From positions 62,001-126,000 of the forward strand of contig OZ025652.1 in NCBI GenBank assembly GCA_964019335.1: 64,000 nt of DNA. The letters are read 5' to 3'. Below are positions 11,985 to 24,000 of the stretch, piece by piece. A program made the translations under genes and the position numbers. Every line of letters begins with the position of its first letter. Positions within the stretch are counted from its first letter, which is position 1. Under the pieces are notes generated by a model that was given only the letters and a program-made list of their open reading frames with translations, did no database searches and was not told the origin of the DNA. This DNA comes from Diplonema japonicum (taxonomy: Eukaryota; Protista; Euglenozoa: Diplonemea).

Positions 11985-14273
11985 TCAAATGGCTCTGCGA
12001 CCTGCCATTCCAAAATCGTCGTATTCGTCTGGCTCTGTCCCCATCGACAGCTCATCACTGGCTTTTCCTGCGTGAAGCGAGACCTCATGCCACTCCTGTC
12101 CATCCATTCCTGGCACGGACACCTGTGGCAGCCCATTGGGAGCAAAGTCCACAACTGTGCCACACTGCCATTCTTCATCTTCCATTCGTACATATACGCT
12201 CTGACCGTACTGGTATACAGGCTCTGGAGACGGCATGCCATCATCGGCTTCGTTTGGGATTATGTCTAGCCACCTGTGTGCTCCCGTGGTTGTCTTGACG
12301 TAAAACAAGCCGTAGTCAGATGCTAAAACCCCCCTAACGTAATCGTTATCGTCGTTGTCTCTCACGAGCACGCACTCGCCTGTCGGCTCTGTCTCATGCC
12401 ACACTTTCGTAGTGCCATCAGACAGCTCCACTTTTGTCGTAATCTTCTTTCCCTTTTTCTTGGAAAACACAACAGCACCTACCTTCCAGTTACCACCTTT
12501 GTTCCTCACCCTTACCATTTCATCTTTTCTGAAGACATGATCAGCGTACCGACTGAGTGCTTCTCCCACTGTGTCCAGTGCTGAGGCGGCATCCAGTGCT
12601 GAAGTGGCATCCCGTTCATCCTTCCCCATTGCGTCATCGCTGATGGAAACCTCTGATCCCATGGCCGCCTCCGACTCGACATCTGTAATAGGGGCTGTGG
12701 CCTTGTTCCCTGCGGCCCTCTCACGATTTTGCTGAACCTGTATTGCTGTCACGCCAAGCCCTGCTAAGCCTGCGGTCCCTATGAGTCCGGCTAACCGCTC
12801 AGTTTCATTTCCAGGCGTTTCAGGACTCCCCTTAGGTGTTACCACGTCTACCTTCTCTTTAGATCTTTTGCTTTTTGACACAACTGGCTGTGGCTGCAAG
12901 GTCGTGTCTACCGGAGTCGCTCCTTCAACCTTTCTTGCTACTCCAGTCCCCGCATTTCCGGTTTCCCATCCTGATTCAGCATTGCAGACGTCTTCATCTT
13001 CGTCATAGGGAAGCAGCTGCTCGTCCATCTCCTCGCATAGGGTGTCTTGCTTCTGCTTCTCTCTATTCTTTCTTGCCACAAAGAGAAGAAGATGTAAAAT
13101 GCAACACAACAGCAAACCAATGACAACTAACAGGATCGGAATGAGCGGGCTAGAGTCGTCATCCTGCTTGCTAGGGGTGTCTGCTGGCGATTGGTCGCTT
13201 GGTGTAATGACAGTAGTGGTCACCTCTTGAGTCTCGAATACCGACATAGTTACTGTCACCGTTCGGGTAACCCTCGATTGTGCTGAGGGGGCCTCTGCAA
13301 CGGGTGCCTGTGCTTTTGCCGAAGGCGCTTCTACTGGGGCCTGCGCTGGCGCTTCAGCTGGTATCCGCACCTCGAAAGGAGCCCCCACGTAGTCATATTC
13401 ACACAAGTGAGGGTATTTCTCTTGGCACATCCCGTCACACATAGAGCCGCTATTCGGACTGCACTCAGCAACACCGCTGCCTGTTATGTAGGCACAGGCG
13501 CCCGAATTATCAGGCCGGTTCATTTCCCACATTCCGGTAAATTGATTAGCGGTAGTGCCATCAGCCCACTCCCACACAGGTGGGTCAGGGTTCTTCCTTG
13601 TGAGTCCCACCCACAGCTCGTCGGTTATCGGCATGTTGTCGTGGACGTAAGTGGCTTCATCCTCAGACAGGATGGAGGCCAAGGTGGCGGTAGGCTCCAG
13701 CGTCTTGCAAGGGTCATCACCAAACGTTTGCTTAGTAATAGTTACTCTGAGACAGAGAAAACTGTTTTTGTTATAAGTCCAGCCTGGGTCGCAGGTGGGC
13801 TTTGGTTTATAGGAACAAAGGGAGAAATGTGTCTGCGTGCATTGTGCCTCACATAAATATGCGGTGGCGTGGCTGCAAGTGCCGCCAACGTACGCACAGT
13901 CACCTCCATTGGGGGTGGGCCTGAAGGGTGCCCAGAGGTTGAAGTTAGGTAATTGAGGGTTTGGGTTGTTAGAGCCTGACCAAATATACGGCAGGCCGTC
14001 TGTCCATTTCCATGCAGCGCGCAGAGGAATAAGTGTGTTGAGGCCCGTCCACACCTTGCCAGACTTGTCGATGAAGGCACCTAAGGCTTTTTGCGCAGCT
14101 TGATCATCTACCCTCGCCAGGATTGATCCACTCTTTAATCGTTCGCACGGGGCAGGACCCCAGCTGCCACTCGGTGCTATTCTCACGCACTTTCCTCTCC
14201 CGTCATATGTCCACTGCTTGTCACATTGCGCTGCGGCCACCACCGCAAGGCACAACAGAATAATACATCTCAT
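11985..14273 (-). CDS. Type I membrane protein with two C-type lectin-like domains and a long cytoplasmic tail
   Basis: Signal peptide MRCIILLCLAVVAAA. Two CTLD-like units (VWTGLN...WKWTDG; LASILSEDE...LWVGLT...WEWADG). Pro/Thr stalk, then TM segment LIPILLVVIGLLLCCILHLLLFVA. Confidence 0.85.
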   Translation of the reverse strand: MRCIILLCLAVVAAAQCDKQWTYDGRGKCVRIAPSGSWGPAPCERLKSGSILARVDDQAAQKALGAFIDKSGKVWTGLNTLIPLRAAWKWTDGLPYIWSGSNNPNPQLPNFNLWAPFRPTPNGGDCAYVGGTCSHATAYLCEAQCTQTHFSLCSYKPKPTCDPGWTYNKNSFLCLRVTITKQTFGDDPCKTLEPTATLASILSEDEATYVHDNMPITDELWVGLTRKNPDPPVWEWADGTTANQFTGMWEMNRPDNSGACAYITGSGVAECSPNSGSMCDGMCQEKYPHLCEYDYVGAPFEVRIPAEAPAQAPVEAPSAKAQAPVAEAPSAQSRVTRTVTVTMSVFETQEVTTTVITPSDQSPADTPSKQDDDSSPLIPILLVVIGLLLCCILHLLLFVARKNREKQKQDTLCEEMDEQLLPYDEDEDVCNAESGWETGNAGTGVARKVEGATPVDTTLQPQPVVSKSKRSKEKVDVVTPKGSPETPGNETERLAGLIGTAGLAGLGVTAIQVQQNRERAAGNKATAPITDVESEAAMGSEVSISDDAMGKDERDATSALDAASALDTVGEALSRYADHVFRKDEMVRVRNKGGNWKVGAVVFSKKKGKKITTKVELSDGTTKVWHETEPTGECVLVRDNDDNDYVRGVLASDYGLFYVKTTTGAHRWLDIIPNEADDGMPSPEPVYQYGQSVYVRMEDEEWQCGTVVDFAPNGLPQVSVPGMDGQEWHEVSLHAGKASDELSMGTEPDEYDDFGMAGRRAI

Positions 14274-14379
14274 AACTCTATTGGTTTTGTTGCGTTTCGT
14301 TACTAAAATACAAAAATAAAACTGCTTAAAAAGGAGAACCCCACCGGCTTCAGCCATACAAAACTAGTAACCCTCACTA

Positions 14380-15000
14380 CCACGCTGTATCTCAAAGCGG
14401 GAAAGTTCTTTACCTGCCCACTTTTACTCCCCCCCCCCCCCCCCCGCTTCTTTTTAACCCATCTAGCTTCGTTCATGAAATGGAACCCCAAACTAACCTT
14501 TCTTTCCTATGTTTTCTTCTTTCCCTTTCTTTCCCCCCTCTTGTTTTTCCTTCTTGTCTGCCTCACTTCTTATTCTTTTGTTTTGTTTCATTTCTTTCCT
14601 ATTCATTCTTTATCTTTCTTTTTTCGTTTTCTTTGTTTCTTTTCTTTTTTAAATCTTCCTTTTTTCTTTCATTTTTGAAAAATAAACCAACGACTGCACC
14701 CCTTGCAATTCCAGGATACAGGGACAATCTTTCACGCAAAAAAATAAAATAAAATAAAATAAAATAAGGATACCAAAAGCCTGCATGTGCAGACCTTCTC
14801 CTTCATGATGGTGCCAGTAGATGTTATTTGGCATATTTGGCCCAGTGGTATTAAAAAAATGGGGGGGGGTAATAACAAATCTTTTTTAGTTTCTCAAGAC
14901 CTGCTTCGGATGAATGATAGCATTTTGGCACTTCTCGTTGCAGAAAAAGGAGTTGCAGCACTTGCACAACTGTTTGTAGTCAGGTTATATATTTTATATT
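14380..15000. repeat. Homopolymer-rich low-complexity spacer (poly-T, poly-C, poly-A, (AAAAT)n)
   Basis: Visible C-run at ~14429-14446, T-rich tracts and AAAAT repeats at ~14741-14765. Lies 3' of the RRM/Zn-finger gene. Confidence 0.85.
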
Positions 15001-16705
15001 TCATACCAAAAATGACTTAAGGCCGCACGCAACACAAGGACCACCTCCCTTACCATTGAAGAACCCACCTTGGGGGTAATGTCTGTTGTGGTGTTGTCTT
15101 TGATGTCCGCCCTTGTAGCCGTGGTGATCTTCTCTGTGGCGCCTGCCGTGCATTCCAGGACCAGAAGCCGCCTTCTGCAACATGTCCAACACATTTGGGT
15201 CGCCGTCGTCGTGAGCATCGGCATGGTGCCCAGCGCCTTTGTGCCCTCTGTCGTGGTGGCCCTTGCCGCCCTCGTGACCCTTTCCGTTGTGGTAGTTCTG
15301 GTGATGTCTGCCCCGGCCCTTTCCAGCGTCCTTCGCCTTGAAGTCACTGGTCCTCTTGCGAATTGCATCTGACCAAGCCTTAGGGAGGTGTATCATGCTG
15401 AAGTCGGGCTGCACTGTATTGCAGTCCAAGCAGCACTGCACCCCAGGCGGATTGATGTTGCAGCAGTTCAAGCACGGCCATTTCGTCGCTTCGCAGTTCA
15501 GCAAATACACAGAAACAGGACGCTCGAACAGCATCCTCTTGTTGTTGAGGTGCAAGATGGCAAGCCGTACCGTGCGCAGCGTGAAGACGGACACGGTGCA
15601 CATGTCCTGACCCACCTCTACTTCCTTCACGATGCCGAATTCACTAAACGCCATTTGGAGTGCTTCACTCAGCTCACTTCCGTTGATGCCAAATGGATGT
15701 CCAGGCACCACAGCCAAGACAAACGGGAAAGTCCCTCGGTGCGCCCGTACTCGGTGTTGGGGCGATATCTGCTTCCCGTTTTCGTACTCCGCAGCCTGCT
15801 CCAATGCGTCGCTGTCTTCAAACACAACCTGTGCCTCAACAGTTCTGTCGCCGTCGACAGGCATCAGAAGGCGTATCTGGTTGATCTGTCCGTACCTAAG
15901 GAAAACCCTTCTTATCTGCTGGTCTGTGATCGACGATAGCAAGTTCATCACGATTAGGCAGTGAGGCACTGTATACATGCTGCGGGGTGCAGAGTCGGGC
16001 ATAAGGTCTTTCATCAGCTTAGCCAGCTCCCAACGTTTTGAGACAGTTGAAGGAGCCATTGTCAGGTCAGTCTCAGCCCATTCTTTGTCGGACTCTTCCT
16101 TTGTGTAGCCACACTTGTAAGCACTGCAGTTGGGTGTTATGCTCCTGTTTGTGTTGTGGCACAAAAAGCACCTCCAGTACTTCTCATCTCCGGGCTTGAC
16201 ACTGCACGGGGCAGCCGCAGAGTACATGCTTGGAGCCACCTTGATGTCCTCACCCTTAAACTGTGCGTTGAACTCGCCTCTTATCGCAGCCTCCGCTTCA
16301 GATGTGTGGCGGTACGTCACCATGCCGTGCTCGGATCCTTCAACACACCACACGCGGAGGGTCTTCCCATACTTGCTGAACTTCTCTCGTAGGTCTCTAA
16401 GAGTCACATCGGCAGCAAGCCCTTGCACAGATATGGTGATTGTTGAGCTCAGGGGGTGGAATGGCGACGTGTGGAAGGGGTTCATCCACATGGCATCATT
16501 GAACAGAACAGGTTGCCCTTGCGCCTGGGCGTTGGGCTGTGCAAGCTGCATGCCATTAAAATTCCCCTGCCCACCCTGCTGCCACCTCTGTTGTTTGTTG
16601 CTACGTTGTCTCTGGGGGTGAGGTGCTCACATGCTGTCCACATACCTGATCCCCGGTCTTCGGGTTCATATTTGCGTGAAACTGACGTTGGCTAGATGCA
16701 GCCAT
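15001..16705 (-). CDS. RNA-binding protein with ~3 RRM domains, two RanBP2-type zinc fingers and a Gly/His/Lys-rich tail
   Basis: RRM-like ISVQGL...LREKFSKYG...GMVTY, and LIVMNL...IRRVFLRYG. Fingers WRCFLCHNTN...C....CG and WPCLNCCNIN....CCLDC. An upstream exon from ATG 16705 joins via an intron at ~16612-16645. Confidence 0.85.
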
Positions 16706-16817
16706 AACAATACGAGTACCTGTCAGTCCCTGCTCAGACCAATCACATCATGTGCCTACAGTGAAGAATTTGACATTTGCAATGTGTAAGGGAAAATACT
16801 ACAAATACTACACAGAA

Positions 16818-17870
16818 CTAGGATTCAAACGGTGTCTGAAGGTCGTAAGGGCGTGACGCTGACAGCTGCGGGATCTGTTCGAAACCCATGGATTGCAGCC
16901 GGTCAGATATTGTGTGCATAAGCTGCTTCATCGTAAGCACCGTTCTTGTGTATTGCAAAGCATAGAGAAGCGTTGTCGTGAGTGCGCCACCAGCACCCGA
17001 CGTCGCTGTGTGCTTCATCTCAACAAAAGCTTGGCCCACGTCCTTGATATCAGCTGAGGTCTGAGCATCTGCACACCCGGACAGAAGGATAGCATCGCAT
17101 TCTACGTAATTGCTCCTAGAGAACTGGTCACCCACCAGCTGCATCCTGCGGCCCTCGGCGGGGATTACGTAGAACGGCAAGTCCAGCACAGTGCCGCTGT
17201 GACAGCAGTCGAACACGGCGAACAGTCGGTTTCCTTTGGGTATCTTGCTAACGAAAATCTCTCGCAACATATCGTCAGAGAGCATTCCATGGGCTTGGCC
17301 GTCTTGCGGGGTTTTGAAATCCACAGGACATATGGTCTCATCAAGCCCATCGACCTCATCACCAGTCGTGTCTTTGATCTGTGAGCCGTGGCCTGAGAAG
17401 TGAAGCCATACGCGGTGGCCTTTTTTATCCTTAACACGGTCTAGCAGGTGGTAGAGACCGTTTATTATATTAACCTTTGTTGGTATGTATCTTGAGTCAC
17501 GCTGATCATCAGTTAAGCAGATGATGTAGTACCCGTGCAGGGACAGGTACTGCGCGACTCGTGTAACGTCATTGACGCAGCCATCGAGCTCGTACTTTGT
17601 GCCGTAGTAGTTCACCCCCATGAGAAGAGCATGACGTGTCTTATCCACCTCTGGGGGTGCCGTTGGGGGTAACGACACCATCGTCGGTCTCCATTGTTTC
17701 AACCTCTTATTATTATACCTCATGCTCGGTCTTCTCCCTCCTAACACCAACACCATGGCGGCTGCTCCCACTCCTGCCGCACCCGCACCCCCTACAACAG
17801 CCAATGCAGCCTCATCAGAGCACCCACAACACCCACAGCAGTCCACTAAGGAGCTTAAGGAATCCCCCAT
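16818..17870 (-). CDS. Metacaspase (peptidase C14, type I-like)
   Basis: HALLMGVNY, LDGCVNDV, catalytic HFSGHG and FDCCHSG, DGLDETICPVD, SGCADAQTSAD, QIPQLS. Confidence 0.95.
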   Translation of the reverse strand: MGDSLSSLVDCCGCCGCSDEAALAVVGGAGAAGVGAAAMVLVLGGRRPSMRYNNKRLKQWRPTMVSLPPTAPPEVDKTRHALLMGVNYYGTKYELDGCVNDVTRVAQYLSLHGYYIICLTDDQRDSRYIPTKVNIINGLYHLLDRVKDKKGHRVWLHFSGHGSQIKDTTGDEVDGLDETICPVDFKTPQDGQAHGMLSDDMLREIFVSKIPKGNRLFAVFDCCHSGTVLDLPFYVIPAEGRRMQLVGDQFSRSNYVECDAILLSGCADAQTSADIKDVGQAFVEMKHTATSGAGGALTTTLLYALQYTRTVLTMKQLMHTISDRLQSMGFEQIPQLSASRPYDLQTPFES

Positions 17871-18092
17871 ATTCCACTAGAGTGCGTTTAGCAGTTGGGT
17901 AATTTCTTATTTCAATAAAAATATGAAAAAATACAAGAAACATAATGGTGCTAAGAGAGGGACGCAAAGCTCTAGTATCTAGGTTCTAGTCGGTAAAACG
18001 GATAAGGAGAGTTGGAAATAAGAAATACTCCCGATTGTTAAATATGGCATGACATAGCATCCAATATGAATAAAAAGGTTCTAATCTAAATA

Positions 18093-21000
18093 TTAAACCC
18101 AGCCCGTTGAATTAACAGAAGGCTGCGTCTGGAGGGGGTTGTGGGCGAGGGAGATGGTGTTCAACGGGTTGAAGCTTTGAGGATTGTGGTTGAAGGAAGG
18201 TGGGATGCCGTCCTGAACGGTGCGTATGGACTCAGGTGTTTGGAATTTCTTGGCTGGAGGGAGCGGCAGTGGCTCAGAGGGCTCCTGCTCCTGCTCCTCC
18301 TGCAGCGGGAGGGAGGGGAGCGTTTTGACAGGTGTGACAGGTGTGGGTTGCACCTCTTCACGAACTGACACCTCGTTCTCAACAGCTTTCTCAACAGGCC
18401 GTGCCGTCATCTTGTAACACACCAACAACAAGATACAGCACACGATGAATAGTACACACACAAGCAAGATAGCAGCCCATGTTGGTAACCCAAGCACACT
18501 GCTGTCGTCATCGTCTCCACCTTGCACTGTGACAGTGGCAGTGCGTTCCTCGCAGACTGCCTTCATGTTCATGGCTTCCCCAATCAAAGGGTGCGCACAC
18601 GTACACTTAAAGGAACCATCAGCGCGTGTGTCGTCATCAGAACAAAGCTGGTCGCCGCAGCTACTGAGGCAGTCGTTTGGCGACGTGGTTGCACTTTGGA
18701 GCGGGAAGCCTGCTGCCGTTAGTGTCTTGTCCTGTGCACTTACTTCTCCAAGACGCGCTGCCATGCCGGTGTCACTGGCGTTGTGCGTCAGTAGACGCAG
18801 TGTCACATCTGTCGCCGTACTGCCCACAGCATCGTAGGCCTCGGACACGACGTACGGATCGGTCCAACCCTCTTGAGGAGTGCGGCTTGTCACCTCTAGG
18901 GACCCAGGCTTCATGAGCACATCCTGCGATGTCGACAAATCACTTTCAGCCGCCGCCGCAGCGTTCAGCCACTGCAGGCGCTGCTGAGACGTGCCGCCAA
19001 CGATCTCCACTTCGCCATTGCCAGTAGATGCTACAGCCAGGACCTTCCCGACGTGTGCCAGGGAAGCAGCGTTCCACACCAAAGAGCTAATCCGCAGGTT
19101 ACCTCTAGTCAAGGCCACCGCAGAGCGCTTGTTGATGGCAGTCATGAACGCAGTCAGGAACTTCTCTTCGCCATAGTCAGCTGGTAGCAGCAACAACGCA
19201 AAGCTACATGACGTAGAAAACACCTTATCGGATGCGAGTCCGAGAGAGTTCTTTACAGCTTCAAGGAAGGTGAGCTTTTGTAATATAAGTGCCTGACGGG
19301 CCATATTGATTCTCAATACAACTTTCGCATAGATCTCAGTAACGACGGGCGGTGTAGTTGTGCATGTTGCGACAGCTGCTGTTGCGAACCCTGTCAGAGG
19401 CGCACGACACACGCAACGCCAGTTATTCATAGCCGGGCTTGGATCAACGCAGTCCTGGTTGGCAGCGGTACATGTCTGGCCACTCACAGAGCACTCATTA
19501 GCAGGAATGCACGTTGCAGCAGCTTCGAAAGCACTTCCAGAAAGAGGAGCCAAACAGTCACATGACCACCCATTCCCTGCATCTCTGCACGCCTGACCTG
19601 ACGCTGTACAAGTCTTCGCGTTCGATGAGCAATCTCCTGAGTAAACGCACGTTGCCGGTGTTCCTTTTGCCTGCCCTTCTCCATTACCCAGGCATGTACA
19701 GTACCAGTTATTCACGCTAGCCTCTGCAGTGTTGCCGTCTGTGCATCGTTGGCCCACCTTTGTGCACACTGTGCCGTGTACAGTGCACTCATCGAAAGTG
19801 CATGTCGCTGGTGCCTTGCTACCAGGGCTGCCAGTTGCCGGTGTCACGCATTGGCAGCTCCATTCACCGTTCACTGTGCTATCAGCATCATGGCACGACT
19901 GGCCGGAGGCAGTGCAGATATGTGCATTTGCCGTGCAGTCATTTGCTGCATAAACACAGGTCGCAGCAGCAGCAATGGCAGTGCCTTCCGACGCGACGCA
20001 GCTGCATGTCCAGTCGTTGATAGCATCAGCAGTGTTGTTTGAATCACTGCATACTTGCCCAACATCCTGTGACAGTAAGATACTTAGTAAACAGACATAC
20101 CTTGCATGTCTGCCCGTGTCCTAGACACTCGTCCAGCCTACAAATTGCCGTCCCGTCATTCTCGTTGCCGAGCTGTGTGTGTGGTGGCAACAGTAATAAG
20201 ATTTAACGTACCTTGACTTGCGGCGGCACACACCCACAACTCCAAGTATTACCAGCCACAAAACAAGGCTGACCAGCGGCTGCACAAGTGGTTTGAGTGT
20301 CACAGATGTTACCACCATTGCATTTGGCGGCAGTCATAACTGCAGAGCCCGTCTGTGATCCCACACACATACACTTCCAGTCGTCTACGGAGTCAAGTGC
20401 AGTGTTAGGATCCATGCAAGCTTGTCCAACATCATTGCACACCTGTGCATTAGCTGGTGCAGTGCATTCGTCTAAGATACAGGTTGCAGGCGAAGCAACA
20501 GAAGATCCCTGAACACCTACACATAAGCACACCCAGTCCCCAATACTATCAGCATTGGTGTTCTTGTCCTTGCACGTCTGCCCTTTGGACTCACAGACCG
20601 TCTTGTGGATGGTACACTCGTCTAAGGTGCAATGTGCCGTTGTTGCAGTTGCGGTTCCAATAGCAGGCGGGATGCACACGCAACTCCAGTCGCCTATCCG
20701 AGAGAGGCCTGTGGGATCGTCGCAAGACTGCCCCACTGCTGCACAGGTGTGGGCATGTGTCTCACATTCAGCAACCTCGTTGCAAATAGCAGGCCTTCCC
20801 ATTGCAGAGCCTGATGCAGGTGAAACGCAATCGCACCGCCAGTCGTTACGGCTGTTGACGTCCATGTTCGTGTCGTAGCACACCTGACCACTGGCCTTGC
20901 AAATCGCACCAGATGTCAAGCACTCATCAAGGATGCAGTGCGCGAAGGACCCCACAGCACTGATGCCCGCCTCGGGAGCAACACACTGACACATCCAGTC

Positions 21001-24000
21001 ATTGAGGCTGCTGCTGCTGTCCAAGCATGCTTGGTTCCTTGACAAGCAGGTTGAAGCGTGCTGCTTGCATTCGCCACCGAGTTCGCAAGTGGCCGTGTTA
21101 GCGACTGCGGACCCAACTGCACTACCAATACAGTTGCATGTCCAGTCGTCCCTGCTGCTAGATGCTTTGTTCGTGTCCACACACTCCTGCCCAGCCTCGT
21201 GGCACGTTTTCCAATGTGTCATACACTCATCATACATGCACGTAGCCACACCCTCTTTTGCGAAACCTGTCAAAGGCGATATGCACACACACTCCCAGTC
21301 GCCATTCACCTGACTGTTAGGATCGTTGCACGCTTGCCCACTGGCCTCGCATATTGCGTGGTGTGTTGCACATTCACCGGAGTACACGCAAGTCGCCGCC
21401 TCAGCAGTTGCGGAACCACTCCCCGAAGCAATGCACTTGCACATCCAGTCACCCCTGTGACTGGACAACACATTAGAATCAATGCACTGCTGTCCTGCAG
21501 CAGAGCACACTGTATTCTCGATGCACTCATCGACACGACACTCAGCAGGATGTGCTGTTGCTGTTCCAGAGGCACCTGGCCCCGTACAGCTGCAAACAAA
21601 ATCTCCGGTACTCTGGGGATCGGTATTGGGATCTCGACAGACTGTGATGTAATGAAAGCCTCTAAGCAGCATACCTTGACCGACATCTGTGCACACCTTT
21701 CCTGCTGTTTTGCACTCGTCAAGAATGCAGATCATGGTGTCATTCACAACCTGTTTCACAGATGGGTGCACACACCCGCATTGCCAGTCATCCATGGCAG
21801 TGCTGGGGTCTGCGCAACTCTGGCCCCTGGATGCACACGTCTGCCAATTGGTCGCGCACTCGCCAGAGTAGGTGCAAGTAGCAACACCTGCAGCCTTGAT
21901 ACCAGTCCCTGAACCAGAGCATTCACAAATCCAATCGTTTAAGCTATTGGTAGTGCTCGTTACGTCCGTGCATATCTGGCCTGCTGCCGAGCACACCTTC
22001 CCGCTTACGTTGCACTCGTCAAAGCTGCATGAAGCGGGGCCGCCCGTAGCAGGCGAGCCATATGAAGGCTCGACGCAGACACACATCCAGTCGCCAGTCT
22101 TTGTTAAATCGGGATCGCGGCATGTTTGGCCTTGCGCAACACAAATCGAAGCATGAGCGACACACTCTCCTTGGTACTGGCACGACGCCACTCCAGCAAG
22201 CTTAGACCCTACAGACGAACCTACGCAGTTGCAACTCCAGTCATCAAGGCTGTCCATCATGATGTTGGGATCATGGCACTCCTGTCCTGCACTAATGCAC
22301 TGGATCCCTTTCTCCGTGGCACATTCATTGATTGTGCACACAGCACGTGATGCAGTTGCAAAACCAGCGCCTCCAGGGCATGAACACGTCCAGTCGCCCG
22401 TGGTGGACTGAGTGTTGGGGTCATTGCAAACTGTTTTGAAATTATGTTGCAGTTCACTTACTCATACCTTGCCCCACAGAAGTACAAATGTCACCGTACA
22501 GCACGCACTCATCAAGTAGGCATGAAGCAGGGGCGCCTGTTGCTGCTCCAACCGCAGGAAGGATACATTGGCACTTCCAATCTCCGTCAACTTGTTTGTT
22601 CTCATCAACACAAACCTGTATTGCATTATACCATAAAAATACCATACCTGCCCGACGTTCTTGCATGTCGCACTGTGCATGGTGCACTCCCCAGTGAAGG
22701 TGCAAGTCGCTGGCTTAGCAACAGCCGAACCAGTGGCCGAACCTAAGCAACGGCATTCCCAATTGTTCAAAGCATCTAGTGACTCGTCGGGGTCGATACA
22801 TTCCTGCCCCACGACGCGACACACCTCTGAGTAGGTCGAACACTCGTCGAGGCTGCACTGAGCGACATCTCGCACACGGGAACCAGTCTGCGGCGTCACA
22901 CACCTGCACATCCAATCACCTGTATTGGAGTGATCAGGGTCGTAACAGTGCTGCGAGGCAGAAGAGCACACGTAGCTGCTTTCAATGCACTCGTCGACAG
23001 TGCAGGTGGCGGCCCTAGCTCTCGCAGAACCTGTGGCAGGATGCGCACACGTGCAAACCCAGTCATTCAGACTAGTCGTAGAAGTATCAACGTCCTTGCA
23101 CTCCTGCCCCACAGATGTGCACGCGTGTCCGTGAATACTGCACTCATCAAGGATGCATGCAGCAGCCTTAGCAGTGGCGGTTCCATTCATGGGCGCGATA
23201 CACAGGCACTCCCAATCATTGGCACGCGTGATGTCAAGATCCCTGCAAGTTTGCCCGGCGCTACTGCATGTGTCCCCTTGCTGAACGCACTCACCTTGGA
23301 AAGTACACGTCGCAGGGCCGCCCACCACCGAGCCAACTGCAGGGCTGATGCACTTACACACCCAATTGTTCAAAGCAGAAGGGCTGGTGTCCACGTCTTC
23401 ACATTCTTGGCCCTTGGCAGCACATATGTGACTGTGGTAAGTGCATTCATCAAGCACACAGGTGGCAGGAGCTCCCTGTTTAGACCCTGTGGTAGGAGGG
23501 ACACAGGCGCATTCCCAATCACTGCTGACACCAGTCGGGTCGATGCATGCCTGTAGTGGGTGTGTTGTGCAATATTGTTCCATACCTGCCCAACTGCGTT
23601 GCACACGTGTGCATTGTCGACACACTCACCTGGGTATTCACAAGACGCCACCGATGCAACCGCGTTGCCACTAGCTGGTGACAAGCAGTTACAAAGCCAA
23701 TCACTAATACTGCCCACACCACGCGACGAGTCGACGCATATCTGCCCTGCTGCTGCACAGGTGTCTCTGTGGACAGTGCACTCATCAAGTTCACAAGATG
23801 CCCTCTTTGCTAATCCTGGCTTGCCAGTCTGAGGAGCACGGCACACGCACATCCAATCCCCCTGCTTCGAGACATCAGGGTCGACGCAGTCCTGCCCAAC
23901 AGACGTGCAGGTGATGGCATTAGCAGCACACTCTCCTTGGTAGGCACAAGTGGCAACTCCTGCAACAGCAACACCCGTCAAAGGTGCCTTGCAAATGCAT

